The position numbers and the translations under genes are program-made. From Tubulanus polymorphus (Eukaryota; Animalia; Nemertea), in assembly GCF_964204645.1 (NCBI RefSeq), contig NC_134031.1, positions 12,836,088-12,900,087 of the forward strand: a stretch of DNA of 64,000 nucleotides, given 5' to 3'. Below, piece after piece: positions 25,518 to 34,038 of the stretch (position 1 is its first letter; the number at the start of each line of letters is the position of its first letter). Under the pieces are notes generated by a model that was given only the letters and a program-made list of their open reading frames with translations, made no database searches and was not told where the DNA came from.

Positions 25518-26121
25518 AGATTTATTTATATTTGAACCGCATAATATGTTAGTTACTGGTGTAACCAATTGTGGTAAAACACATTTCATATTAGATTTGT
25601 TAGAAACTATTTATAAGAATCATTTAGATAACATAATATTATTTTGTCCTACTTATGAAATGAATAAAACATATAATAGAGATATAGTTAAGATAAAAAA
25701 GTTTATTATATTAGATCCTAAAACAGTAAAAGAAAATTTAGATAATTGTATTAAAATAGCAATTGATATCTATAAAGGATCAAATACATTATTCATTATA
25801 GATGATTGTGCTAATCTACATGATTCAAAAGTGAGAGAAAGTGAGTTATGTTATCTAGCTTTCTCTGGGAGACATTTCGGGATAACAACATGGGTTTTAA
25901 ATCAAAAATATAATTCAATTGTTAAAGACTTTAGGGAGAATATAAGATTTTTAGTTTTATTTTATAACAAAGATAGAAAATCTATGCAACAATCATTGGA
26001 AGAAAATCAAATTATACCTACTGAATTACATGATGAATATATGAATAAATTAAAGAATAATAAAGGTTCAAAATTATTACTGAGACTACAATTTCCCTAT
26101 GAATATAAGTTTATAAAATAA
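25510..26121 (+). CDS. A32/FtsK-HerA family genome-packaging ATPase
   Basis: Walker A GVTNCGKT, Walker B FIIDD, arginine-finger motif SGRHFGI and sensor NQ. Intact 203 aa. Confidence 0.93.
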   Translation: MNKDLFIFEPHNMLVTGVTNCGKTHFILDLLETIYKNHLDNIILFCPTYEMNKTYNRDIVKIKKFIILDPKTVKENLDNCIKIAIDIYKGSNTLFIIDDCANLHDSKVRESELCYLAFSGRHFGITTWVLNQKYNSIVKDFRENIRFLVLFYNKDRKSMQQSLEENQIIPTELHDEYMNKLKNNKGSKLLLRLQFPYEYKFIK

Positions 26122-26500
26122 CTATTTATATATCTATGTATTAGATACCCTATTAGATACCCTAATACCTGATACCCCATTAGATACCCTAATACCTGAT
26201 ACCCTATTAGATACCTTAAATACTTAAAACCCCCTTTTTTAAAATAAATATTATTTATACAATTTTCAACCAATTTATTTTTATTTTTTCAACAAATATA
26301 TGAATAAGTTTGAAAATAATAAAGGTTATTTATTATTACTGAGGTTTCAATTTCCATATGAATATCAGTTTATAAAATAAGATATTTTTATGTATTAGAT
26401 TGTATTAGATTGTATTAGATATGTATTAGATACCTTAAATACCTTAAATACTTAAAACCCCCTTTTTTATTTACTATTATTTTATACAATTTTCAACCTT
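26095..26500. repeat. Duplicated intergenic block with short tandem repeats at the convergence of the two gene arms
   Basis: atgaatat.agtttataaaataa...tgtattagatacc...ccttaaatacttaaaacccccttttt occurs twice (~26099-26240 and ~26358-26468), with ttagataccct and tgtattagat iterations. Confidence 0.8.
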
Positions 26501-26505
26501 TATTA

Positions 26506-27369
26506 TTATTTGATTGTTAGATAATTAATTTCTGAATCACTTTCATCATCACTCTCCAATTCATTATCAGGCCCTAACAATTTATTCAAATGCTCTACCG
26601 TGTCTTCATAAATAATTGGTTTATTGATATACTTATTAGGCATCTCAACTATATCTTTATTTTCTGATTTAAGTTTCATAGAATCTTTATTATCAATGCG
26701 CTTTCCTGTATTTTCATTATTATCTTTATTAGTGTTTGCTCCTAATATTTCATTTACAGTGTTTGATCCTAATATTTCATTAGCATAAGTTATATCTAAT
26801 TCATCTTTATTAGGTGTTGCTAATAAAAAATCTTCATATAATTCTTTACCATTTACTTCTTTATTTGAAACAAATTTTGTAACATATCTAAATGGGTGTT
26901 CTATAAATTCTCTTAAACCAACACGTTCTATAACATTAGTAATATGTGAATTTGTATTCATATGTTTATTCCAATTTGATGGAGCGTTTGAAAATTCACC
27001 TTTACAATAATCACAATAATTTCTATTTTTACTTACATTTAATATTATTGCATTATTATATGTAGTAGGTATTACATTATTAGATGTAGTAGGTATTACA
27101 TTATTAGATGTAGAAGGTATTACATTATTAGATGTAGTAGGTATTACATTATTAGATGTAGTAGGTATTACATTATTATCAATTACATTACTTAAATTAT
27201 CAACAACACCACCTTTATTATTATTGATTTCTATTAGTTTAGTTTTATAAATTTTGAAAATAGGATCAAATATCAAAGCTATATTACAAGGTATTACATA
27301 ATATAAACCATCATTATTTTCATGTGTATCGATGTATGGAATATGTTTATATACTTTACCTCCTTCCAT
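26506..27369 (-). CDS. Zinc-finger protein with 8-aa repeats, 287 aa
   Basis: CDYCKGEFSNAPSNWNKHMNTNSH (C2H2-like), five NNVIP(T/S)T(S/Y) repeats and an acidic tail. TAAATG start. Confidence 0.75.
   Translation of the reverse strand: MEGGKVYKHIPYIDTHENNDGLYYVIPCNIALIFDPIFKIYKTKLIEINNNKGGVVDNLSNVIDNNVIPTTSNNVIPTTSNNVIPSTSNNVIPTTSNNVIPTTYNNAIILNVSKNRNYCDYCKGEFSNAPSNWNKHMNTNSHITNVIERVGLREFIEHPFRYVTKFVSNKEVNGKELYEDFLLATPNKDELDITYANEILGSNTVNEILGANTNKDNNENTGKRIDNKDSMKLKSENKDIVEMPNKYINKPIIYEDTVEHLNKLLGPDNELESDDESDSEINYLTIK
27051..27178. repeat. 24-bp coding minisatellite (5 copies)
   Basis: cattattagatgtagtaggtatta repeated. Encodes NNVIPTTS. Confidence 0.95.
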
Positions 27370-27404
27370 TTATTATATATATTTTTATATTTTAAGTTAA
27401 AATT

Positions 27405-28652
27405 TTAATACATAACACTATCTAATTGTGTATTTACAATATTTAATTGCGCGTCAGATATAATATAAATGTGCATTTTGAAATTTTTGATTCCTTTATT
27501 CTTTGTCATGAATAATTGTATTCCATCTTTAGTGTTCTGTAATTTTTTTCCAGAACCATGTAATGAATTATCCTCTGTTGTTCTAAAATCTAACCATAAT
27601 GCGTATTTATTACCGGTATATTAATCAATTTGATTAATGTTACAATTTTCAGATGATTTTACTTTTTCATTCATAAAATGTTTTCTAATTTCTGGCCATT
27701 GATCTATCATTCTCATTCCTTGACAAAATATTTTATTTGCTATTCCTTCGATAGTTATTTCTACTTTTGTTATTTCAGGATTATAATACTTATCAACCTG
27801 TATTGCACCATTAGTATATGTTGCAATGGTAATAAATATCAATATACCTTTAATAGATCTTCTTGGGAAGTTAATATTCTCATTAATTATTTCATCATTT
27901 GCATTAATAGTTACAGTTTTAAATTTAACAATATAATCATATAATAATGAAAATCCTTGATTGTATTTAGTTTGAATTATACTTGAAATATTTTCATCAG
28001 TTACTGTATCATATTCTAAACATATATTCGATAATTTATAACTCATATCTTTAACAACGCTAGATAATACAATTTCATTTACAGGAGTAAATGTTATTTC
28101 GAATATAACGTCTTCTTGAATTGCGTATTTATATAAAGGCGCATTATTATTTATCAATTCAAAGTCTAATGGAATTTTATATTTGTTTCCATATATACTT
28201 TTTATCAATTTATCTATAGAATTAGTTAATATTGCATTATGTGCTTCTGATCTTAATTTATTTTGGTTTTCTGATTGGATTCCTTGAAATATCATATTAT
28301 TTCTATTTTCTTTAGTTAACCATAAATCTTTATAATGCATAAATAAATTATAATCATCTAATGAGAAAACTTTTTCTGGACCAATCTTTATAGTTAATTT
28401 TTTAATCAAATATCTCCCAACATTATCAACAACATAATTATTATTATTACCGATTACTTTTATATCGGCTGATAAATAAATATTATTTGGAACATAAAAA
28501 GTATTTTGTGTTAATCTCGGAATTCTAACATATAAAGTTTCATCAGGATTAATATTAGAAGGGTTATGAGTAATTATATGATGTGATCTTTCTGCTTTAA
28601 TAGCATTAGATATTCTATGATTCTTAGAAGGATTGATATAACTCCCACTCAT
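27405..28652 (-). pseudogene. Major capsid protein (putative double jelly-roll), ~415 aa, one premature in-frame stop at 27621
   Basis: HNPSNINPDETLYVRIPRL, VVDNVGRYLIKKLTIKIG, KYKIPLDFE, YKLSNICLEYDTV, NFPRRSIKGILIF, YNPEITKVEITIEGIANKIF. The frame continues past TAA as YTGNKYALWLDFRTTEDNSLHGSGKKLQNTKDGIQL...SDAQLNI. Size and context fit an MCP. Confidence 0.82.
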
Positions 28653-28672
28653 TTATTTAACAAAAAAATTAA

Positions 28673-30031
28673 TTACTTATTTTTGATCATGTTTACTAAC
28701 CCAAAAATAATTGCACTTACAACTGTAATTAAAAATAAAATAATATGTTCAGCAGCAAAGTTAATAATGTTTCCTGCAGATTTCAATATAAAACCAACAA
28801 TTGATGCAATAACTCCTGGCAATGCTGCAGCAGATTTCTTTGATAGTTCCCATAAATATTTTGCTAATTTCTTTAAACCATCTTTAACTTTATCTTGTAT
28901 AGAATTATTATCATTCGGGGGTTTATCTGGTTTATTGACAGTAGGAGTATATTTTAAAGCATTTGATATAGCTAAACCAATTGTTGTAAATACCATAGTT
29001 ACAGCTGTTAGAATTGAAAGAATTGTTATTCCTTCTAATTTAAATAATAATTTTATTCTATCTTTCAATGATATTTTAGAATTTGGTTTTATCAACAAAT
29101 CTTTAAAAACATCTTTTAATCTTTTAAAATTATTACCAAATTCTTTTAATAATATATCTCTTTCACCTTTCAGTACTTCTAAATTATCTTTTAAATTATT
29201 AATTTCTTTTTCTAAACCTAATTCTTTTTGCCTATATTCTATTTCATCAATTGCTTGATGGTCTAAATCAGACTTTAATTTTTCTATTTCTTTATTTTTA
29301 TCAGTTAATTCTTTTTCTAAATTGTTAATTTTAATATCTCTTATACTTTTTTCATTCGCAATTTTATCAGCCGATTCTTGCATACCTTTAATTTCTCTAC
29401 GTGTTTGTTCAGGATATAATTCTAATTCATCATCAGTTAAATCAAGTAATCCCTTCGGTAAAAGTTTTTCAGTTTGAACTTCGTTTGATTTAGGTTTACT
29501 AGTTTTGGAAGTTTTATTCTGTTCAGAAGTTGTTTCTGTTTCTGGATTATCATCGATTATTTTAAATAAGTCATCAATTCTTTGACTAAATACTCTTATA
29601 TTATCATCTCTTTCTTCTTGTGTAACATTGGTTATTTCATTACTAATACGTATTCTCTTAATTTTATCTGGACCTAATTTTCTCAAAGTTGATTCCGCTA
29701 ATATTAAAAGTCTGGCGCCTCTATCATTTATATTATATCCAGATTCTTTAAATACACGTTGAAAATCATACATAAAATCAATATTTTCAATATCTTCCTT
29801 TGATAAACCTGGGTCTAAATTTTCAGTAGGTATTCTCGATCTAGTTCTTCTATCAAATTCATCTGTTGATGGGGCTTTAGAACCACTATCAGCTAAATTA
29901 GAATTATATGTTGTATCATTATCATTATCAATATTAGTATCAGCAGTCATATAATCATCATTGTTAGTATTGGCATCATCATTATTTCCCATGCCTTCCA
30001 TTTCATAATCTTCTCCACCTTTTACATTCAT
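28673..30031 (-). CDS. 452-aa protein: acidic N-terminus, coiled coil, C-terminal hydrophobic helices
   Basis: Coiled coil ~INNLEKELTDKNKEIEKLKSDL. Hydrophobic GITILSILTAVTMVFTTIGLAIS, ALPGVIASIVGFIL and IILFLITVVSAIIFGLV. Confidence 0.8.
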   Translation of the reverse strand: MNVKGGEDYEMEGMGNNDDANTNNDDYMTADTNIDNDNDTTYNSNLADSGSKAPSTDEFDRRTRSRIPTENLDPGLSKEDIENIDFMYDFQRVFKESGYNINDRGARLLILAESTLRKLGPDKIKRIRISNEITNVTQEERDDNIRVFSQRIDDLFKIIDDNPETETTSEQNKTSKTSKPKSNEVQTEKLLPKGLLDLTDDELELYPEQTRREIKGMQESADKIANEKSIRDIKINNLEKELTDKNKEIEKLKSDLDHQAIDEIEYRQKELGLEKEINNLKDNLEVLKGERDILLKEFGNNFKRLKDVFKDLLIKPNSKISLKDRIKLLFKLEGITILSILTAVTMVFTTIGLAISNALKYTPTVNKPDKPPNDNNSIQDKVKDGLKKLAKYLWELSKKSAAALPGVIASIVGFILKSAGNIINFAAEHIILFLITVVSAIIFGLVNMIKNK

Positions 30032-30047
30032 TTACATAATAAAAAAA

Positions 30048-31373
30048 TTAAAATTTAAAATATAATATTCCTCCGATTACAATTCCTAAACAAGTTAAAG
30101 CTAATTTAGCATTTTCATGGGATTTATTATCATCATTTAGTTTAATTATATCATGTTGAATATTATCAGTTTTTATATTTTCTGATGTATTGTAATCTTT
30201 TATTTTAGAATCATTATTTAATTTAATATTCTTAGTTTTAGTTTCAGTTGATTGAATATGTTTTTTATTTTTTTCACCTTCCATTAATTTTGGAGCAGTA
30301 ATTATCTTTTTATTTATATCATTTAATCCAAATGAATTATTTATTGTTGCAGTTTTAATTAGATTATTATAACCAATTATGTTTCCCATCTTTAATACTA
30401 AATCATTAGAAATAATAAATAGATTAGGGCCTATACAATAATTTAATCTAATATGTGATTTATCTAAATAATTTTGATATCTTACAATGTTTTCTGGAAT
30501 AGATCTTTTTTTATCATTATGAATTGAATCTTCAAATAATACTTTAAATTGTTTCTGCGCATCGAATGAAGTGTTATCATTTCCAACTATTGGTGATCTT
30601 GTTTCAACTTGAGCACCTAAAATACATATCAAATAAGTTCTAATAGATTGATTTATTCTTTGTATTCCAGCTTTAGTAAAACCTTCTCTATTTTCTAAAA
30701 TGAAATTAACCCAACCATTATTATTTTGTTGTTGTATATTATTATAATATTTTGGTAATTCATTCCAATTTAGTGTTCTTATATCTGAATTTGTCATTAT
30801 TTTTCCAAATTCTTTAGTATACAATATTCCTAATCCACCCATTGTTCCAATTTTTGCTCTAAAATCTTTATTTGAATTAATATTAAATTCATTACATATT
30901 TTATAAAACTTAGAAAAATTAATATTATTATTCAATTCTTTAAAATATTTTGAACCTGGTAAAGGACATTCTAATTCATCTAATATTAATTTCATTTGAA
31001 AATATTTATGAAATCTAAAAAGTGATAATATCAATGGTAAACTTGGTTTGTTTAAATGATCATTCCAACTAATTCCACATCCTGTTGTTGCGCAATAAAC
31101 AGCAAAATTTAATTGGTTCTGCCAATACTTCATATTAGATTTTAATAACCATTGTTTTGCCTCATTTAAATTTTTGAAATTAATTGTATACACATGAAAT
31201 ATATTTTCCATCTTTACATGAAAATTATTACTTTCAGTTACATAAATATATAAATCAATTAATGAATTTAAAACTTCATTTCTATATGTAATATCTTTAT
31301 TAAAATCTATTGCTGGAATATTATATTTAATTGATTTATTATATTGGAAAGCTTTTGGAAAACTATTTGCCAT
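30048..31373 (-). CDS. 441-aa conserved Polinton protein with C-terminal membrane anchor
   Basis: YWQNQLNFAVYCATTGCGISW and GFTKAGIQRINQSIRTYLICILGAQVETRS are conserved with copy A. Tail LALTCLGIVIGGILYFKF. Confidence 0.82.
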   Translation of the reverse strand: MANSFPKAFQYNKSIKYNIPAIDFNKDITYRNEVLNSLIDLYIYVTESNNFHVKMENIFHVYTINFKNLNEAKQWLLKSNMKYWQNQLNFAVYCATTGCGISWNDHLNKPSLPLILSLFRFHKYFQMKLILDELECPLPGSKYFKELNNNINFSKFYKICNEFNINSNKDFRAKIGTMGGLGILYTKEFGKIMTNSDIRTLNWNELPKYYNNIQQQNNNGWVNFILENREGFTKAGIQRINQSIRTYLICILGAQVETRSPIVGNDNTSFDAQKQFKVLFEDSIHNDKKRSIPENIVRYQNYLDKSHIRLNYCIGPNLFIISNDLVLKMGNIIGYNNLIKTATINNSFGLNDINKKIITAPKLMEGEKNKKHIQSTETKTKNIKLNNDSKIKDYNTSENIKTDNIQHDIIKLNDDNKSHENAKLALTCLGIVIGGILYFKF

Positions 31374-31454
31374 TTATATAATTAAAAAATTAATTATTTA
31401 TTAATTCTTTTAATAATTTATCTTGTTCTTCAACTGTTATATGACCATTTAAAC

Positions 31455-31823
31455 TTAAATATAATCTAGTGTATTCTTTAATTTATTAATTTCTTTTATA
31501 TTAGTTTTAATTTTTTCTTTATTACTTTTTATATTTAATTTTGAACTTATACCAGTTAAAACACTTGAACTTAATCCTAATACACCAATTGATATAGCTA
31601 AAGGTGTTAATGGACTGAATATTGCTAGAAATGTTATTACAGAACTAATTGTAACCGAACCACTGATAATAAGATAATATATAATTTTACTTTTTAAATA
31701 TTTTTTCTTTTTTATCTTTAAGTCACTTTCAAATTCTAATATTTGTTTTTCTAAATATATTTTTAATTTAGTTTTATTTATATCATGAGGAATAATATTA
31801 ACACCATCAACTTTATCATCCAT
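31455..31823 (-). CDS. Two-TM membrane protein flanked by coiled/basic segments (C-terminus probably cut by a premature stop)
   Basis: IIYYLIISGSVTISSVITFLAIF and LAISIGVLGLSSSVLTGIS. TAAATG start. Confidence 0.7.
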   Translation of the reverse strand: MDDKVDGVNIIPHDINKTKLKIYLEKQILEFESDLKIKKKKYLKSKIIYYLIISGSVTISSVITFLAIFSPLTPLAISIGVLGLSSSVLTGISSKLNIKSNKEKIKTNIKEINKLKNTLDYI

Positions 31824-31841
31824 TTATTTAGCAAAAAATTA

Positions 31842-32264
31842 CTAATCAGTAAATTTATAAGCAACAAATATAACAATAACTGTTCCCCCTAAAATCCAAA
31901 TTATTTCATATTTCTTCTGTTCATTACTTGGGGTATAATAATCTGATATTGTACGTTTGTATAGATGTAATTTTTCTTTATTGGTTACTGCGTTATATAA
32001 ACTCATTGCATCATCAACTGATTGAAAATCTCTATGTGAAATCTTCTGATCATATAATTCTTTATTGATGTAATCCATATAGTTTAGTCTCTTTTCTCTA
32101 TATTCTTCCGCTGCTTTATTATATTTCTCTAATGCTAAGTTATGTCTTTTTTGTTCGGTTAATGAACCATTTTTATCAATATGCTTGAATAAATAACCAC
32201 CACCAGTAAATGCTAAATCGTTAACAATTGCTGATCCTATAATAGTTATAACTGCAGAAGCCAT
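31842..32264 (-). CDS. 140-aa membrane protein (hydrophobic N- and C-termini)
   Basis: MASAVITIIGSAIVNDLAFTGGGYLF ... IIWILGGTVIVIFVAYKF. Confidence 0.78.
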   Translation of the reverse strand: MASAVITIIGSAIVNDLAFTGGGYLFKHIDKNGSLTEQKRHNLALEKYNKAAEEYREKRLNYMDYINKELYDQKISHRDFQSVDDAMSLYNAVTNKEKLHLYKRTISDYYTPSNEQKKYEIIWILGGTVIVIFVAYKFTD

Positions 32265-32288
32265 TTATTTAGTAAAATAATTATGCAT

Positions 32289-32510
32289 TTATATGGGAGG
32301 AATATATTTTTGTTTTTCTAAATAATCAATAGTTAAATTAGATAAAGTAACTGCTAATTTTAATTTTAAAATATCATTTATATCAAATCTATCAACAATA
32401 ACACTTCCCATTTTAAATACTTTTTTTAATACCATTGAATAACCAACAGTTCCAACTGATAGTAATGCGCCATTATATAATCCAGTTATTATCCACTTAT
32501 TATCACTCAT
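32289..32510 (-). CDS. 73-aa hydrophobic protein
   Basis: WIITGLYNGALLSVGTVGYSMVL and ILKLKLAVTLSNLTIDYLEKQKYIP. TAAATG start. Confidence 0.7.
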   Translation of the reverse strand: MSDNKWIITGLYNGALLSVGTVGYSMVLKKVFKMGSVIVDRFDINDILKLKLAVTLSNLTIDYLEKQKYIPPI

Positions 32511-32867
32511 TTATTTATCAAAAAAATTACTATCATCAAAATATTTAGTTATCTTATTTATGATTAATTCAACATTTATTTCATTACTAGTTTCATTTGT
32601 ATATATTTCAATTATTATTTTTTTAATATCATCGATGATAAAATCTTCATCTAATTCATAAAATCTTAAAGATTCTCTTATTAAATTAGTAATCTTTTCT
32701 ACATTTAAAGTTTCTTTATTTATTGTTGTTTCATACTCAAATATTGTTTCATTAGAAAATGTAATATTTTTGATATGTGTAATTACATCAGTAATGTTAA
32801 ATTTCATTTCTTTCTCATGTTTAAAATCAAACCCAAAACATATACTCGGCCCAACAGTTATATTCAT
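32511..32867 (-). CDS. Polinton hypothetical protein, 118 aa
   Basis: Intact ORF. Its start is conserved in copy A (12093) and it has a TAAATG context. Confidence 0.7.
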   Translation of the reverse strand: MNITVGPSICFGFDFKHEKEMKFNITDVITHIKNITFSNETIFEYETTINKETLNVEKITNLIRESLRFYELDEDFIIDDIKKIIIEIYTNETSNEINVELIINKITKYFDDSNFFDK

Positions 32868-32883
32868 TTATATAGTGAAAAAA

Positions 32884-33643
32884 TTACTCTTTACATCTTA
32901 TAACTAATTCATATATCACAGGAAAGTTATTCAAATCAATTAAATAACCATTATGATTTCTTATTTCTAATTTAAAATTATTAAATTTAGGAATGCAAGG
33001 TTTAAAATCACATTCCGTTAAATTATAATTTATTTGAGTTCCAAATTGTTTAAAATTTTTTAGCGGTAAAATATTTAGTATACTAGAACTACAAATTGTT
33101 TCTTTAGTTGCTTCGAAAGTTTTTGTAGGCTCGATTAAATTGCAATAAATATTAAAGTGTGTAAAAGGTATTATATTTGAATTACCATCTATGTTTCCTG
33201 TAACAGTATCTGGTGCAATTCCTAGCAATTTAGCTAATGGTTTTTTTTACCATAAATGCATGTTGACTTTCATCAAATACCTTTATTTTAATTTTATTTG
33301 TGCTATCACTTTTTATAAATCTAATTAAAAATTTATCATCTCTTCTAATTTTCAACCGTGCTCTTCGATTAATTTCTTGAGCTAATGATTCTAAATTATA
33401 TAATCCTGGTTTTAAAATTATATGAAACCATTTATCTATATTTCCAATATGAATTAAAAAAGTATTATCTTCAATAGTTTTATCCGTTAAATTATAAAAA
33501 GAATTACATAAACTTATATTAACTAATTTTAAATCTACACAATTCTTGAATTCTCTATCTAATTGTACTAGTAAATTATGAGATTTATAATTTGTAAGCC
33601 TTCTAGAATCAACAAATATTCTGTATTCTTTTAATTCTACCAT
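32884..33643 (-). pseudogene. Minor capsid (penton-like) protein, ~250 aa, one +1 frameshift in an A-run at ~33245
   Basis: IFVDSR, LVNISLCNSFYNL, LKPGLYNLESLAQEIN, LAKLLGI, IYCNLI and LEIRNHNGYLIDLNNFPV resemble the single jelly-roll minor capsid pattern of Polintons/PLVs. Confidence 0.72.
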
Positions 33644-33657
33644 TTATTTTACATATT

Positions 33658-34009
33658 TTATTCGAAATCTATTTCATAATGCCCTTTTTCATTCTTACCT
33701 TTGTATTCGAAATAGAAATCTCCAGAACATAATTCTTCTAAATCTTCACTTGATAATCTATGAAATCTATCTGGTAAATATGTTCTGAATTTATACGTAT
33801 TTCCTTTTAATCCTTCATATTCTAAGTGTATAACTAATTTATCTCCATAGTTATTAGTAACTGTATAAATATTTGTAATTAGATATTTCTCATGAATTGT
33901 TAATTGTTAACTTTTTGAATTTATAATCTACAGATTTTACATTTGTTATATCTTTAATTCTATCTAGAAATAATTTGTTGTTCTCACTGTGTGTTTGTTT
34001 ACTCTCCAT
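33658..34009 (-). pseudogene. Small MESKQ protein (~117 aa, possible OB-fold/SSB), frameshifted at ~33905
   Basis: Homologous to ORFs 11009 and 48127 (KYLITNI.TV.N.YGDKLVIHLEYEG...FRTYLPDRF). Confidence 0.65.
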
Positions 34010-34038
34010 TTATAATACATATTTTTATTAAAATTTGA

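Larger units (their letters stand above)
28650..32883 (-). promoter_or_regulatory. Seven T-run/N6-7/TAAATG motifs (poxvirus late-promoter-like), one before each gene of the structural block
   Basis: 28652 T7-GTTAAA-TAAATG; 30031 T7-ATTATG-TAAATG; 31373 T6-AATTATA-TAAATG; 31823 T6-GCTAAA-TAAATG; 32264 T4-ACTAAA-TAAATG; 32510 T7-GATAAA-TAAATG; 32867 T6-CACTATA-TAAATG. Confidence 0.7.
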
